DNA of 64,000 bases, from positions 230,518 through 294,517 of the forward strand of contig JAHDMJ010000008.1 of assembly GCA_018436095.1 (NCBI GenBank), read 5' to 3'. This document shows positions 44,343 to 53,842 of this stretch, piece after piece. Source of the stretch: Clostridia bacterium (GTDB lineage: Bacteria; Bacillota; Peptococcia; DRI-13; UBA5745). The position numbers and the translations under genes were made by a program. The notes beneath the pieces were generated by a model. It searched no databases, was not told the DNA's origin, and saw only the letters and a list, made by a program, of their open reading frames with translations. Each line of letters opens with the position of its first letter. The first letter of the stretch is position 1.

Positions 44343-45123
44343 AATTGCTAAGACTTTTGAAGCTAATCGGCCTTTTATTGGTTTTATCACCGGAGGAGAT
44401 CCGTCGGTGGCCAAAACGGAAGAGTTTATTTTGGAGATGATCGCCGGCGGCGCCGACGTCATTGAGATAGGCATTCCCTTTTCCGATCCCATAGCAGAAG
44501 GGCCCGTCATCCAGGAAGCCAACCTGCGGGCCCTGGGTAATGGGGCCAACGTAGACAAGCTCTTTGCTATGGTGGCTTCCCTGCGGCTGAAAACCCAAAC
44601 GCCTCTTTTGTTCATGACTTATCTGAACCCGGTTTTCCGCTATGGCTATGAGCGGTTCTTTAGCCGCTGCCAGGAATGCGGGTTGGACGGCATCATTATC
44701 CCCGATCTGCCTTACGAAGAGCGGCAGGAGGTGGAGGAGGTTGCAAGCCGGTATGGGATAATCCTTATTTCCATGGTTGCGCCTACCTCTAAAGACCGGA
44801 TCAAACAAATTGTAGAGCAGGCCCAAGGTTTTATCTATACCGTTTCTTCCATGGGGGTTACGGGGGTTCGCAGCAATTTGGACGGCAGCATTGGGGAATT
44901 GGTGGAAAGCATCAAAAAAGAAACCCAAGTGCCGGTGGCCGTGGGTTTTGGGATCAGCAATCCCCAGCAAGCCCGGGCGGTGGCTGAATTTGCCGATGGG
45001 ATAATTGTGGGCAGTGCTTTAGTAAAAATAGTGGCGGCCCATGGTGAGAAGGCCGGGCTTTTGCTGCGGCAATATGTGCAGGCGATGAAAGAGGCTATGG
45101 CGGCGGCCGCATCAAGGCAGTAG
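44335..45123 (+). CDS. trpA: tryptophan synthase alpha chain
   Basis: [25 protein letters not shown] and GFGIS are present. The ATG at 44335 overlaps the trpB end. Confidence 0.9.
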   Translation: MNRIAKTFEANRPFIGFITGGDPSVAKTEEFILEMIAGGADVIEIGIPFSDPIAEGPVIQEANLRALGNGANVDKLFAMVASLRLKTQTPLLFMTYLNPVFRYGYERFFSRCQECGLDGIIIPDLPYEERQEVEEVASRYGIILISMVAPTSKDRIKQIVEQAQGFIYTVSSMGVTGVRSNLDGSIGELVESIKKETQVPVAVGFGISNPQQARAVAEFADGIIVGSALVKIVAAHGEKAGLLLRQYVQAMKEAMAAAASRQ

Positions 45124-45225
45124 CGGCAGATGGATGTCACGCCAGTGATTTCGTATTTTTAGTTTTTATATGCTAAAATAGGGGCATATTAAAGCTTAAG
45201 CTTATAATAAAAGGAGGGTTTATCT

Positions 45226-45573
45226 GTGAACAAGTTTATTTTCAAAGATTATTTTCATGATCCTGAGGGAAAAATCGCCAAGCGGATGATTTTCAAAAGC
45301 GATAATGTGATTGCTTTTGTTTTAAACATTGCAAAAGGGGAAATACTGCCGGCACACACGCATCTGGAATCAACTCTTTTGCTGCAGGCCATAGAGGGCA
45401 ATGCCAAGGTTGTTGCGGATAGCAAAGAAACCTTGCTGCAGGCCGGCGAGTTAATGCAGATTGACGGGCAGGAAAACATGCAGGTTATAAACACCGGTGA
45501 AGGCGTCTTGCGCCTTTACGTCACCATTTCCCCAATGGGTTCAGAGGCCTTTGCGAAGGATGCAAATATTTAA
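45226..45573 (+). CDS. cupin domain protein
   Basis: A 115-aa protein with a His-containing cupin-like core (LPAHTH...L.V..G). Confidence 0.6.
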   Translation: MNKFIFKDYFHDPEGKIAKRMIFKSDNVIAFVLNIAKGEILPAHTHLESTLLLQAIEGNAKVVADSKETLLQAGELMQIDGQENMQVINTGEGVLRLYVTISPMGSEAFAKDANI

Positions 45574-45617
45574 GCCCTTATTAAAATCATATAATGGTCA
45601 TGAGAAGCAACCCCCGC

Positions 45618-46583
45618 TTAATACAGATAGACATAGCCCTCCACTGCCTGGGCGGGGGTAATTTTCGTTACATTGATCTGAGGTTCGTCAAAAGACGTAT
45701 CGTCATATGTGTATTCACCAATAAAAAGGGTTCCTTCCACCGTTACCCAAGAGTCGTTTTCCAGTTGGGAAGCCTTATCATATTTGCATAATAGTCCAAC
45801 AGGCATTAAATCCGCAACACAGCAGGACATCATCAACCGCATAGGGACAAAGGCATTTTCACCTAGTTCTTTGGAATCCTTAAATACGAATCCCGTTATG
45901 CTAACCGTGTACCCTTCATATTTCTCCATATTCACATAGAGTTCAGAAATCCATAGGCCAAAATCTTCATTGGAAACAGTAATTGTTTTATTGATTGAAT
46001 CCAAGCCGGGCAAATTGGAGAAATCATAGGCATAATTCGGCGTGTCCAGAATGGCGGAGTCTAGAGAATCTGTTGGTGCTTCATCTTCCGGCAAGAGCTC
46101 GCTGTCAACAGCAGAGAAAGGATCGCTGGCAGGTTCGGTGTTTCTTTCTGCGGGAGCTTCGGCTGGCATGGGTCCGGCAGCATTGGATTCGGAGTTGGCC
46201 GGCGGATTCTGCCGTTGCGGTGTGCTGCCATATGGGCTTGCTTGACCGGAAAGAATATTCCCGCCAATATAGCTGCCGGAAATATCTGCTGTACCCAAAG
46301 ATCTATGGGGAAGCAAAAGCAGCAAAATGGGGAGCGCCAGTACGAAACAGTGCATAGAGCGTATCTTGTGCTGGGGCCGCAACAATCTGCCCAGGGTAAC
46401 CATAGCCCAGATTCCTATGACTACTGCCGAAAAGATCAAGTAGGGTTTCATTCGAGGCGTGACATAAGATAGATATCTCCCGCTGCTCAACAAATAGATC
46501 ATCAAAACAGCATATGAAACATAGCAGATTAACTCTAAAAATATCTGGGGATTAAAGACTTTAGCCCGTATTTGCATATTCAT
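45618..46583 (-). CDS. TIGR03943/DUF1980-type membrane protein (partner of DUF318-type permease)
   Basis: N-terminal TMs, a low-complexity linker, and a C-terminal domain with RLMMSCCVADLMPVG. The ATG at 46583 overlaps the upstream stop (ATGA). Confidence 0.6.
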   Translation of the reverse strand: MNMQIRAKVFNPQIFLELICYVSYAVLMIYLLSSGRYLSYVTPRMKPYLIFSAVVIGIWAMVTLGRLLRPQHKIRSMHCFVLALPILLLLLPHRSLGTADISGSYIGGNILSGQASPYGSTPQRQNPPANSESNAAGPMPAEAPAERNTEPASDPFSAVDSELLPEDEAPTDSLDSAILDTPNYAYDFSNLPGLDSINKTITVSNEDFGLWISELYVNMEKYEGYTVSITGFVFKDSKELGENAFVPMRLMMSCCVADLMPVGLLCKYDKASQLENDSWVTVEGTLFIGEYTYDDTSFDEPQINVTKITPAQAVEGYVYLY

Positions 46584-48163
46584 ATCACTCCCAAGCCGTA
46601 AAAGATAAAAACGACAGCAAAACATAGGATAAAGGTAATCAGCAGTAGTTTAACGATAAAGCCTTTTGAAAATCCCGAGGAAAGCATCATAAGGTTTTTG
46701 ATGTCCATCATGGGGCCAAAGATAAGAAAGCCCATGACTGCTCCCATGGGAAAGCGATTGGCAAAGCTACGGGCAATGATGGCGTCGGAAGACGAGCAGA
46801 GGGAAAGAAGGAAGGCCATGGCCATCATGATGATCATGGACAGAGCCAGTCCGCCTCCGCTTTGCGGGGCGTTGAAAATTGAGGCCCCCATTACCTGAAA
46901 AACCGTGGCGACAAAGGTTCCGATCACCAGATACTTCCCCACATCAAAGAACTCCGCCTGGGAATGGCGGATAAACAGGCCTGCCTTACCGAAGAAAGTG
47001 CTGATGGAATCGGCATCCTCATAGCAGCCGCAACTGCACATCATCCGGTCGAGAGCGCCTCCCGAGAGTACCTGGCCTTTCGGCGGCCGAAGGGCAAAAA
47101 ACAACCCGATGAGGGTGGCTGCCACAATACCAAGGGCTACCCGGGTGATAACGATAGAGAGATTGCCACTGAAGGCATAATAGGTTGATAATATCACTAC
47201 AGGATTGATGACCGGCGTAGCCGTCATAAAGGTAATGGCTACCGGCAGCGGTATGCCCTTTCTCACCAAACTCCGGAAAATAGGGATGGAGGCACAGTCG
47301 CAGACCGGCAGGCAAAATCCGGCCAGGATGGCCACCAGCATGCCCAACCCAATGGATTTCGGAAACCAACGTTCAATGAAACGCTGGGGTACAAAAACCT
47401 GAATCGCCGAGGAGAGCAAGACACCGATTAGTAAGAAGGGGATGGCCTGTAGGATAATTCCCAAGAACACATTGATGATGGTGTTGACAGGGAGTTGAAG
47501 GACTTCAAGAACGGGCCGGGCAAAAATATGCAGAGCTATGAGAAGGAGCACAGTGAGGAAGAAGAGGCTCAGCGGATGTTCCCGCCTGCCGAAAAGCCGC
47601 CGATACAAATCCTGATGCAGTTTTGTCCCTCTGACTTCATAGATATCCACACCCGGATTGAGGCCGCGGAGCAGGCGGCAAATTCGCCGATAAGCAACGG
47701 AAGAATAAATATTGCGCACCACGATAAAATCGCTGCTGGCGATTTGTTCAGGCAGAGCGCTTCCCGTTCGGCCCAACAAGCCTTCTATGGCTGCTCCGTC
47801 CCCGACATGTATAACTTTTTGGGTTTTACATAGGTCACGAAGACCTTTTTGTAAAAGCAAAGCCTGTAAATCAGAAAATGGAACGACGCCGTTCCATTCA
47901 ATCCAGATTTCGTCGGGAGTATAGACCCGCAAAACTTCCAGTATTTCTTCGACAATCTGCAGGGGCTGCTGCTCTAAGGTTTTTTTGGGAAAAGAAATGA
48001 ACTGGCAGTTGCGATAGCAGCTTCGGAATTCCTCTTCGCCGGTTTCAAACTGTACTACCAGCATTTTTATGTCCTGCCAGTTATACTTGTTGAGCAGAGT
48101 ATTCAAAAAAGTAGTCTTCCCGGCGTCCAAAAAACCGGTTACAACATAAACAGGTATCGCCAT
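46580..48163 (-). CDS. fusion protein: CobW-like G3E GTPase domain + DUF318/ArsP-type permease
   Basis: The N-terminus has VYVVTGFLDAGKTTFLNTLL (P-loop) over ~190 aa. Then comes a polytopic permease with CLPVCDCASIPIF and a Cys-rich loop, MMCSCGCYEDAD. The ATG at 48163 is preceded by GGGGAG. Confidence 0.65.
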   Translation of the reverse strand: MAIPVYVVTGFLDAGKTTFLNTLLNKYNWQDIKMLVVQFETGEEEFRSCYRNCQFISFPKKTLEQQPLQIVEEILEVLRVYTPDEIWIEWNGVVPFSDLQALLLQKGLRDLCKTQKVIHVGDGAAIEGLLGRTGSALPEQIASSDFIVVRNIYSSVAYRRICRLLRGLNPGVDIYEVRGTKLHQDLYRRLFGRREHPLSLFFLTVLLLIALHIFARPVLEVLQLPVNTIINVFLGIILQAIPFLLIGVLLSSAIQVFVPQRFIERWFPKSIGLGMLVAILAGFCLPVCDCASIPIFRSLVRKGIPLPVAITFMTATPVINPVVILSTYYAFSGNLSIVITRVALGIVAATLIGLFFALRPPKGQVLSGGALDRMMCSCGCYEDADSISTFFGKAGLFIRHSQAEFFDVGKYLVIGTFVATVFQVMGASIFNAPQSGGGLALSMIIMMAMAFLLSLCSSSDAIIARSFANRFPMGAVMGFLIFGPMMDIKNLMMLSSGFSKGFIVKLLLITFILCFAVVFIFYGLGVI

Positions 48164-48167
48164 CTCA

Positions 48168-49181
48168 TTACTCCCCGCCAAAGAGAGCGCACAGCTCCTG
48201 CCTGTTTAAATTCCGGCCGATGATACACAGCATATTACCTTTGGCGGCACATTTGGTTACTTTGATATCTCCGGGCAGGTATTGCAGATTCATATACCCC
48301 AACGGCCCGCGGACAATACCCTTGGCGCGGAGGATTGTTCCTTTTGCACTTTCCTCCATTTGGGATACCCGGGCCCGCAGCTCCTCCATGCTGAATGTCC
48401 GGTTGGTTCGAAGGGTGATGGTGTCGAATATTTCTTCAGCAGCATGGCTATGACCGCAGGCGCAGTTGTGCCCCTGCCCATGGTCATGGTCATGGGCAGG
48501 GTGATGCCCTGAGCGGTTGTGGGCGCCGTCGTGATGCCCGCATTGGCAGCCGCAATGTATAGCATCGTGACTTTTCGCAGAAAGGGGTTCATCGCGGCGA
48601 GGGCAGAGTATCACATCCCCATGAATTTGGCTCCAGGGCTTTTCATGGATGATGGCGTGAGAATTGAGCTTCCGGATGATTGCCTGAGCGGCAGGTACTT
48701 TGTCCGGAAACGCTTCCGTGCGGCTAAGCAAGACGGTATCAGCATTTTGAATCTGATCTTCGAAAAATTCACCGAAGTTGTCAAGATACATCTTGCAGCG
48801 CTTTACATCCACAATTGTGATTTTTGCCTGTACTTTAGCAAGGGGCAGGATGCGTGGATCAGAGCAGGCCTTTATGATATCCGACAACTTGCCCACGCCC
48901 GACGGCTCTATAATAATTTTATTCGGCTGAAAGCGGTCCAGAAGCTCTTTCATGGCTTTGATAAAATCACCGGAAAGGCTGCAGCAGATGCATCCGGAAT
49001 TGATCTCCTTTACTTCGATGCCGCCGGATTTCAAGAGGGCAGCATCAACGCTAATGTCGCCAAAATCATTTTCAATCAGAACCACCTTTTCTCTTTGAAA
49101 GGCCTCTTTTAGCAGCTTCTGGATCAGCGTGGTTTTCCCCGCCCCCAAAAAACCTGAAATTACATAAATTTCTGCAAGCAT
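48168..49181 (-). CDS. CobW/G3E-family metallochaperone GTPase with His/Cys-rich insert
   Basis: P-loop GFLGAGKTT, a CICCSL (CxCC) motif, the tract HCGCQCGHHDGAHNRSGHHPAHDHDHGQGHNCACGHSH, and a CobW C-terminal domain. Confidence 0.85.
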   Translation of the reverse strand: MLAEIYVISGFLGAGKTTLIQKLLKEAFQREKVVLIENDFGDISVDAALLKSGGIEVKEINSGCICCSLSGDFIKAMKELLDRFQPNKIIIEPSGVGKLSDIIKACSDPRILPLAKVQAKITIVDVKRCKMYLDNFGEFFEDQIQNADTVLLSRTEAFPDKVPAAQAIIRKLNSHAIIHEKPWSQIHGDVILCPRRDEPLSAKSHDAIHCGCQCGHHDGAHNRSGHHPAHDHDHGQGHNCACGHSHAAEEIFDTITLRTNRTFSMEELRARVSQMEESAKGTILRAKGIVRGPLGYMNLQYLPGDIKVTKCAAKGNMLCIIGRNLNRQELCALFGGE

Positions 49182-49244
49182 AGACAACCCCCTATATTCA
49201 ATATTTTTTCTTAATGGCAAGCATATCCTATGCTTGCCATTAAG

Positions 49245-49661
49245 TTATTGCTGGCTGCACTCCCTGCAATAGCCATAAATCTCTAAATTATGGCCCTTTA
49301 CTTGAAAGCCGTCACCAATCATCTCCGGCAGCGATTGTTCCACCGGGCAGTATTCCATGGGAAACATTTTCTGACAGCCCCAACAGACGGCATAATGCTT
49401 ATGCTGGGACCGGGTAAGCTCGTAGACCGCCAATTCATGATTCATGATTGTCAGCTTTGTTATGACTCCTTTTTTTATAAACTGTTCAAGGGAACGATAA
49501 ACTGTTGACAGCGAAGAAGGGGGATTATTCTTTTTTATTTCAGCCCAAATTTCCATGGCGCTTAAGGGTTTTGCCGCATTTTTGAGCACAAAGAGCATCC
49601 GCTCCCGGTGCTTTGTTTTTATAATGCCGGCCGGCCAGCTTTCAAGATTCTCATGTATCAT
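49245..49661 (-). CDS. zur: Fur-family metalloregulator (Zur inferred from context)
   Basis: A winged-helix N-terminus (RERMLFVLKNAAKPLSAMEIW...STVYRSLEQF), plus CWGC...C..C Cys pairs. It is the first gene of the CobW/permease cluster. Confidence 0.65.
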   Translation of the reverse strand: MIHENLESWPAGIIKTKHRERMLFVLKNAAKPLSAMEIWAEIKKNNPPSSLSTVYRSLEQFIKKGVITKLTIMNHELAVYELTRSQHKHYAVCWGCQKMFPMEYCPVEQSLPEMIGDGFQVKGHNLEIYGYCRECSQQ

Positions 49662-49772
49662 TCTTTCAACTCCGATTAAAAGAAAATAAACCGCCCTTAT
49701 CAGAATGTCCAACTATTTAGTATTGATATGCGGCAGGAGGCAATTAGATGCATATGATTCGCATCCGCATTT

Positions 49773-49801
49773 ATTATATTCTTGCCTCCCATGAAAGTCA
49801 A
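49773..49801 (-). promoter_or_regulatory. strong sigma-A-type promoter of the zur cluster
   Basis: On the minus strand: TTGACT (49801-49796), a 17-nt spacer, TATAAT (49778-49773). An imperfect palindrome lies just downstream (GATGCGAATCATATGCATC, ~49747-49765 on the plus-strand scale). Confidence 0.55.
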
Positions 49802-49828
49802 TTCGCTGCAAAGGGGCTGCGCCTAAAA

Positions 49829-49870
49829 AAGAAGGTTGAAGAACTGCAGCTGCAGTTCTTCAACCTTCTT
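49829..49870. terminator. bidirectional terminator hairpin
   Basis: AAGAAGGTTGAAGAACTGCAGC pairs with GCTGCAGTTCTTCAACCTTCTT in a perfect long palindrome flanked by A- and T-runs. Confidence 0.7.
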
Positions 49871-49924
49871 TTATTTATTGAATCTGTTTGCAGACTCCCT
49901 TACGGTAATTCAGCTGCTTTTTAA

Positions 49925-52789
49925 TCAAGGCACCGTGGCATACAGCCGGCTGGACGGGGAGATAGGCGTATTGAGGGTCATATCCATGCCGGCTACCCGG
50001 TAGTAATAGGTCTTGCCGCTTTCCACGGAGGTATCCGTATAGGAATTGGTCTCCAGGCTGCCGGCGGCAGACAGTAAGGTGGAAGCGCCGATTTCAAAAT
50101 TGGGTTCCTCGGAACGGTAGATCTGATAAATAGCTTGGTTGCCGGGGTTGATCTCATTCCACAGAAGCTGGACGGCGTATTTGGAGCCGTAAGGAATCAA
50201 AGCGCCCTCCAGGCGGAGAGAGGTCTGGGAATTACCGAAAGGTGACTCGCCGATGACTGCTTTGGTTTCCGGGGAAGAGCCCAGAACTTCGCCGTTGGTT
50301 TTGTCGATGGCCTGCATGTAATAGTAATAGGTGCCGTATTCGGTAGGTGCGAAAGCGTCGGTATAGGTTGCGCTGGTGCTGTTGAGCACGGCGATTCTGG
50401 TGGCGGCATTGACAGGGGTGCGGGGCTCCGTAGCCCGGTAAATATGGAAAGTGGTATTGGCGTCGGCCTTAGCGGCATACCAGGAAAGGCTTACGTTAGT
50501 GCCTTCATCACCCCTGTCCACATGGCTGTAGAGGCGGAGGGGGGTGGAGCCGTCGCCGGGGATGTCGATAACACCGCCGGGACCGTGAATATTGCAGTAC
50601 TCCGTGGGTACTTCCAGGGCCGCATCCTGAGGAGCTATATCGCCTACCCAAGGCACTTGCCGCCGCAAGAAGGTCTTCAACTCCGTATGAGGGCAATTGT
50701 CCGTCAGCAAAAGTCCGCTGTCGGCGCAAACGGGGGCTTGTACCCAAACGTTTGATTCCTCGGTGGGAACGTAATCGCCATTGAATTTCTCGGAAATCGT
50801 AAATTCTTTCGGCGTCAGCTCCGAAGGCAGCAGGCCTGATTTGGCGTCGATAGTGACGGTCCTGATATTTTCCGGGACAGGGAAGTTGGTCACCGGCAGA
50901 TCCCGGTGGGCCACGGTCATGATTTCTTTCCAGACGGGAGCGCAGTAGGTGCCGCCAAAGACGCCGGGCATTTTCTCGGAGATATCATAGCCCATCCAGA
51001 CGGCGGCGGCCAGATCGGGGGTAAAGCCGGCGAACCAGGCGTCTACGTTGAGAGAGGTGGTACCGGTTTTACCGGCAGTGGGCCGGTCCAGCCGGGCTCT
51101 GGTACCGGTGCCGCTGGATACAGCGGAAACCAGCATATCCGTCATCAGGTAGGCCGTCTGAGGAGACATGGCCACATGGCTTTCTAAAGTATGTTCATAA
51201 AGTACGTTGCCTTTATGATCTTCGATGCGGCGGATGGCAAAGGGCTTATTGTAAACGCCCCCATTGGAGAAGGTGGCAAAAGCCGCAGTCAGCTCCAGAG
51301 GGGAGACGCCCTTGGTGACGCCGCCTAAGGCAACGGCAGGGCCTAAGTCATTGTAGCTGCCGGATTCTACCAGGCTGGTAATGCCCAGCTTTTTGGCGAA
51401 GGCAATACCGTTTTCTACGCCGATTTGCTCGATGAGCTTGACGGCGATAGTGTTAAGAGAGCTTTGGACGGCGGCCCGCAAGGTTACCAGGCCCCGATAG
51501 GTATTGTCGCTGTTGACGAACTTCTTTTCTTGAACCATAAAGCCGTCGGGATAATCGTCCAAGACGTTGCCGGGATTCCAGCCCATCTCCAAAGCCGGAC
51601 CGTAAACCACCACAGGCTTAAAGGATGAGCCGGGCTGGCGCAGGGCGTCGGCGGCCCGGTTGAAGCCCCGGACTTCGTTGATGTTTCTGCCGCCGATCAT
51701 CATCAGAATCTCACCATTTTTTACATTGGTTACCACCATAGCCGATTGGATGATTTTGCCATCACCTTTGACTTTGGGGAACTTCTCATCGTTGGCATAA
51801 ATCTCTTCAGCTTTGGCTTGGGTAACCGTGTCCAGAGTGGTGTAAATACGGTAACCGCCGGTATACATACGGATGGCGTTGGACTGGTCGATGCCCAGGA
51901 TAGTGCAGGCTTCATTGAACGTATAGTCCAGGAAGGACTGGTTGGCAAAATCCCGGTCTTCCACGCTGCTGGTGGCTTTGACTACATTTAAAGGAGCCTC
52001 CTTGGCCGCTTTGGCTTCCTCTTCGCTGATGTAGCCCATTTTTACCATTTCATTGAGAACGATGGCCTGGCGGTTTTTGGCCTTCTCCATATTTTTGAAG
52101 GGATCAAATACGCCGGGGCCGTTGACCACGCCGGCCAGGAAGGCATATTCGCCGATGCTCAGATCATGGATGTCTTTATTAAAGTAGTTTTGAGCGGCAG
52201 TGGCACAGCTGTAGGCCCGCTGGCCGAAATAAACGTTATTTAAGTAGAAGGCCAGAATCTGCTCCTTGGAGTAGACCTTCTCCAGCTCCATGGCGATATA
52301 GGCTTCTTGAATTTTGCGCTCGTATTTTTTCTCCTCATTGCCTACTTCCAGAATAACCAGCCGGGCCACCTGCATGGTGATGGTGCTGGCCCCCTGGCCC
52401 CGGCTGCCGGAAAGCAGATTGGCCCGGGCAGCCCCCAGGACACGGATGGGATCCACGCCCTTGTGTTGGAAAAAGCGCTGGTCTTCAATGGACACTATAG
52501 CCTGCTTCATTCGCAAAGGGATTTCCGTAGGCTCTAAAGGAACCCGGTCTTTTTCGGAATGGAAAACGCCGATCTGCTCGTTGTTGCGGTCATAAACATA
52601 AGTGGTCAGTTCGCCGGAAAGTACTGTAAGATCCATATCCGGCATAGAATTAATTACGTTGTAGACGTAACCGCCTACCAAGCCGGCGGCCACAAAACCA
52701 AGAATAACGCAAATAAAGAAAATCAGCGAAAGTATCCGGCCGGCGATTTTAACTGGTTTGCGGCGGCCTTTGCCTTTGCTCGCTGCCAT
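49925..52789 (-). CDS. bifunctional class A penicillin-binding protein (PBP1A-type) with C-terminal tandem Ig/FN3-like repeats
   Basis: GT51 motifs (EDQRFFQHKGVD, RKIQE). Transpeptidase SxxK (SSFKP), SxN (SSLN) and KTGT. The start is taken at MAASKGKGRRKP. Confidence 0.9.
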   Translation of the reverse strand: MAASKGKGRRKPVKIAGRILSLIFFICVILGFVAAGLVGGYVYNVINSMPDMDLTVLSGELTTYVYDRNNEQIGVFHSEKDRVPLEPTEIPLRMKQAIVSIEDQRFFQHKGVDPIRVLGAARANLLSGSRGQGASTITMQVARLVILEVGNEEKKYERKIQEAYIAMELEKVYSKEQILAFYLNNVYFGQRAYSCATAAQNYFNKDIHDLSIGEYAFLAGVVNGPGVFDPFKNMEKAKNRQAIVLNEMVKMGYISEEEAKAAKEAPLNVVKATSSVEDRDFANQSFLDYTFNEACTILGIDQSNAIRMYTGGYRIYTTLDTVTQAKAEEIYANDEKFPKVKGDGKIIQSAMVVTNVKNGEILMMIGGRNINEVRGFNRAADALRQPGSSFKPVVVYGPALEMGWNPGNVLDDYPDGFMVQEKKFVNSDNTYRGLVTLRAAVQSSLNTIAVKLIEQIGVENGIAFAKKLGITSLVESGSYNDLGPAVALGGVTKGVSPLELTAAFATFSNGGVYNKPFAIRRIEDHKGNVLYEHTLESHVAMSPQTAYLMTDMLVSAVSSGTGTRARLDRPTAGKTGTTSLNVDAWFAGFTPDLAAAVWMGYDISEKMPGVFGGTYCAPVWKEIMTVAHRDLPVTNFPVPENIRTVTIDAKSGLLPSELTPKEFTISEKFNGDYVPTEESNVWVQAPVCADSGLLLTDNCPHTELKTFLRRQVPWVGDIAPQDAALEVPTEYCNIHGPGGVIDIPGDGSTPLRLYSHVDRGDEGTNVSLSWYAAKADANTTFHIYRATEPRTPVNAATRIAVLNSTSATYTDAFAPTEYGTYYYYMQAIDKTNGEVLGSSPETKAVIGESPFGNSQTSLRLEGALIPYGSKYAVQLLWNEINPGNQAIYQIYRSEEPNFEIGASTLLSAAGSLETNSYTDTSVESGKTYYYRVAGMDMTLNTPISPSSRLYATVP

Positions 52790-52907
52790 AACATATTCCT
52801 CCTTAGTGGGATATACACGGAAACCATAGGAATCCATAAATGCTAACTACTAAGCTATTATATCACAAAATATTCAAATGGCTATAGAGTAAAGAGAAGG
52901 AGAGTCC

Positions 52908-53711
52908 ATGCTGAGAAGGAAAAAGCTGCAATTCCGGGGTAGCTGGCGGCTGCGGCGGCTGCCGGCAGGTCCGCCGCTGCGGCGGTCCTCATGGAAGTCC
53001 GGGGCAATAGGGAAGAGCAAAACAGAGGGGCCCGATAAAGGACCGGGCGGTGGGAAGAGCCGCCGGCGAATAATCCGCTATGCCGCTTTGGTTTTAACCC
53101 TGTGGCTGGTTTTTTATAGCATTGCTTTTGTGGATAACAGGATTAGGCCGGCGGTAATGGATATAGCCAGCCTGACGGCTCATCAGATGGCCACGGAAAT
53201 CATTTATAAAACCATGTACCAGGAGATACTGCCGGAGATCGGTTATCAGGATCTGGTTATCTATCGCCAGGATGAAAGCAGCCAGTTGATTTATCTCAAG
53301 GTGGACAGCGTGGCTTTGGGCCGGCTGGTGACGGCCAGCGCCGCCGCCATTAAAGAGCATTTGGCGGATTTGGAGCAAAAGATTATTGAAGTGCCTCTGG
53401 GCCAGGCCACGGGGATTTACCTTCTGGCCAATTACGGTCCGGTTTTGAAAATCCCGGTGAAATCTATGGGCGTTGTGGACATAAAAGTAGAGGATAGCTT
53501 CCAGCAAGCCGGGATCAATCAGGTCAAGCATACCATATATATGGATATACAAACGGATATACAGGTTGTGCTGCCTTTTATGCCCCATAAGGAAAAGGCA
53601 GGCTTGCGGCTGCCTATAGCCGATTCCGTTATTGTGGGCAAGGTGCCGGAGGTCTATTTGTCCCCCGGCAGCGGCTTATTTTCGACGCCGCCGGCTTCCT
53701 TCGGGCAGTAA
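52908..53711 (+). CDS. yunB: sporulation protein YunB-like
   Basis: A TM segment followed by a YunB-like domain (NRIRPAVMDIASLTAHQMATEII...VPLGQATG...). It has an Arg/Gly-rich ~60-aa N-terminal extension. Confidence 0.65.
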   Translation: MLRRKKLQFRGSWRLRRLPAGPPLRRSSWKSGAIGKSKTEGPDKGPGGGKSRRRIIRYAALVLTLWLVFYSIAFVDNRIRPAVMDIASLTAHQMATEIIYKTMYQEILPEIGYQDLVIYRQDESSQLIYLKVDSVALGRLVTASAAAIKEHLADLEQKIIEVPLGQATGIYLLANYGPVLKIPVKSMGVVDIKVEDSFQQAGINQVKHTIYMDIQTDIQVVLPFMPHKEKAGLRLPIADSVIVGKVPEVYLSPGSGLFSTPPASFGQ

Positions 53712-53842
53712 TCCTAATATAAGACGAAAATTGGCGATTATTTGTTCCCTCATATGTACAACCGCCGCTTTTCATCATATAATAATTAGGAAGTGGCCGG
53801 CAAATAAGCTGTGGGAACGGGGGGAAAACCATAAAGCCTAAG

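Noticed and set aside
49745-49765. Imperfect 19-bp palindrome GATGCATATGATTCGCATC just downstream of the zur-cluster -10, as a Zur box
   Set aside because: Only 14 of 19 positions are symmetric, and it does not resemble the Firmicute Zur consensus I remember (..TCGTAAT.ATTACGA..). It is kept as a note under the promoter feature and not called as a site.
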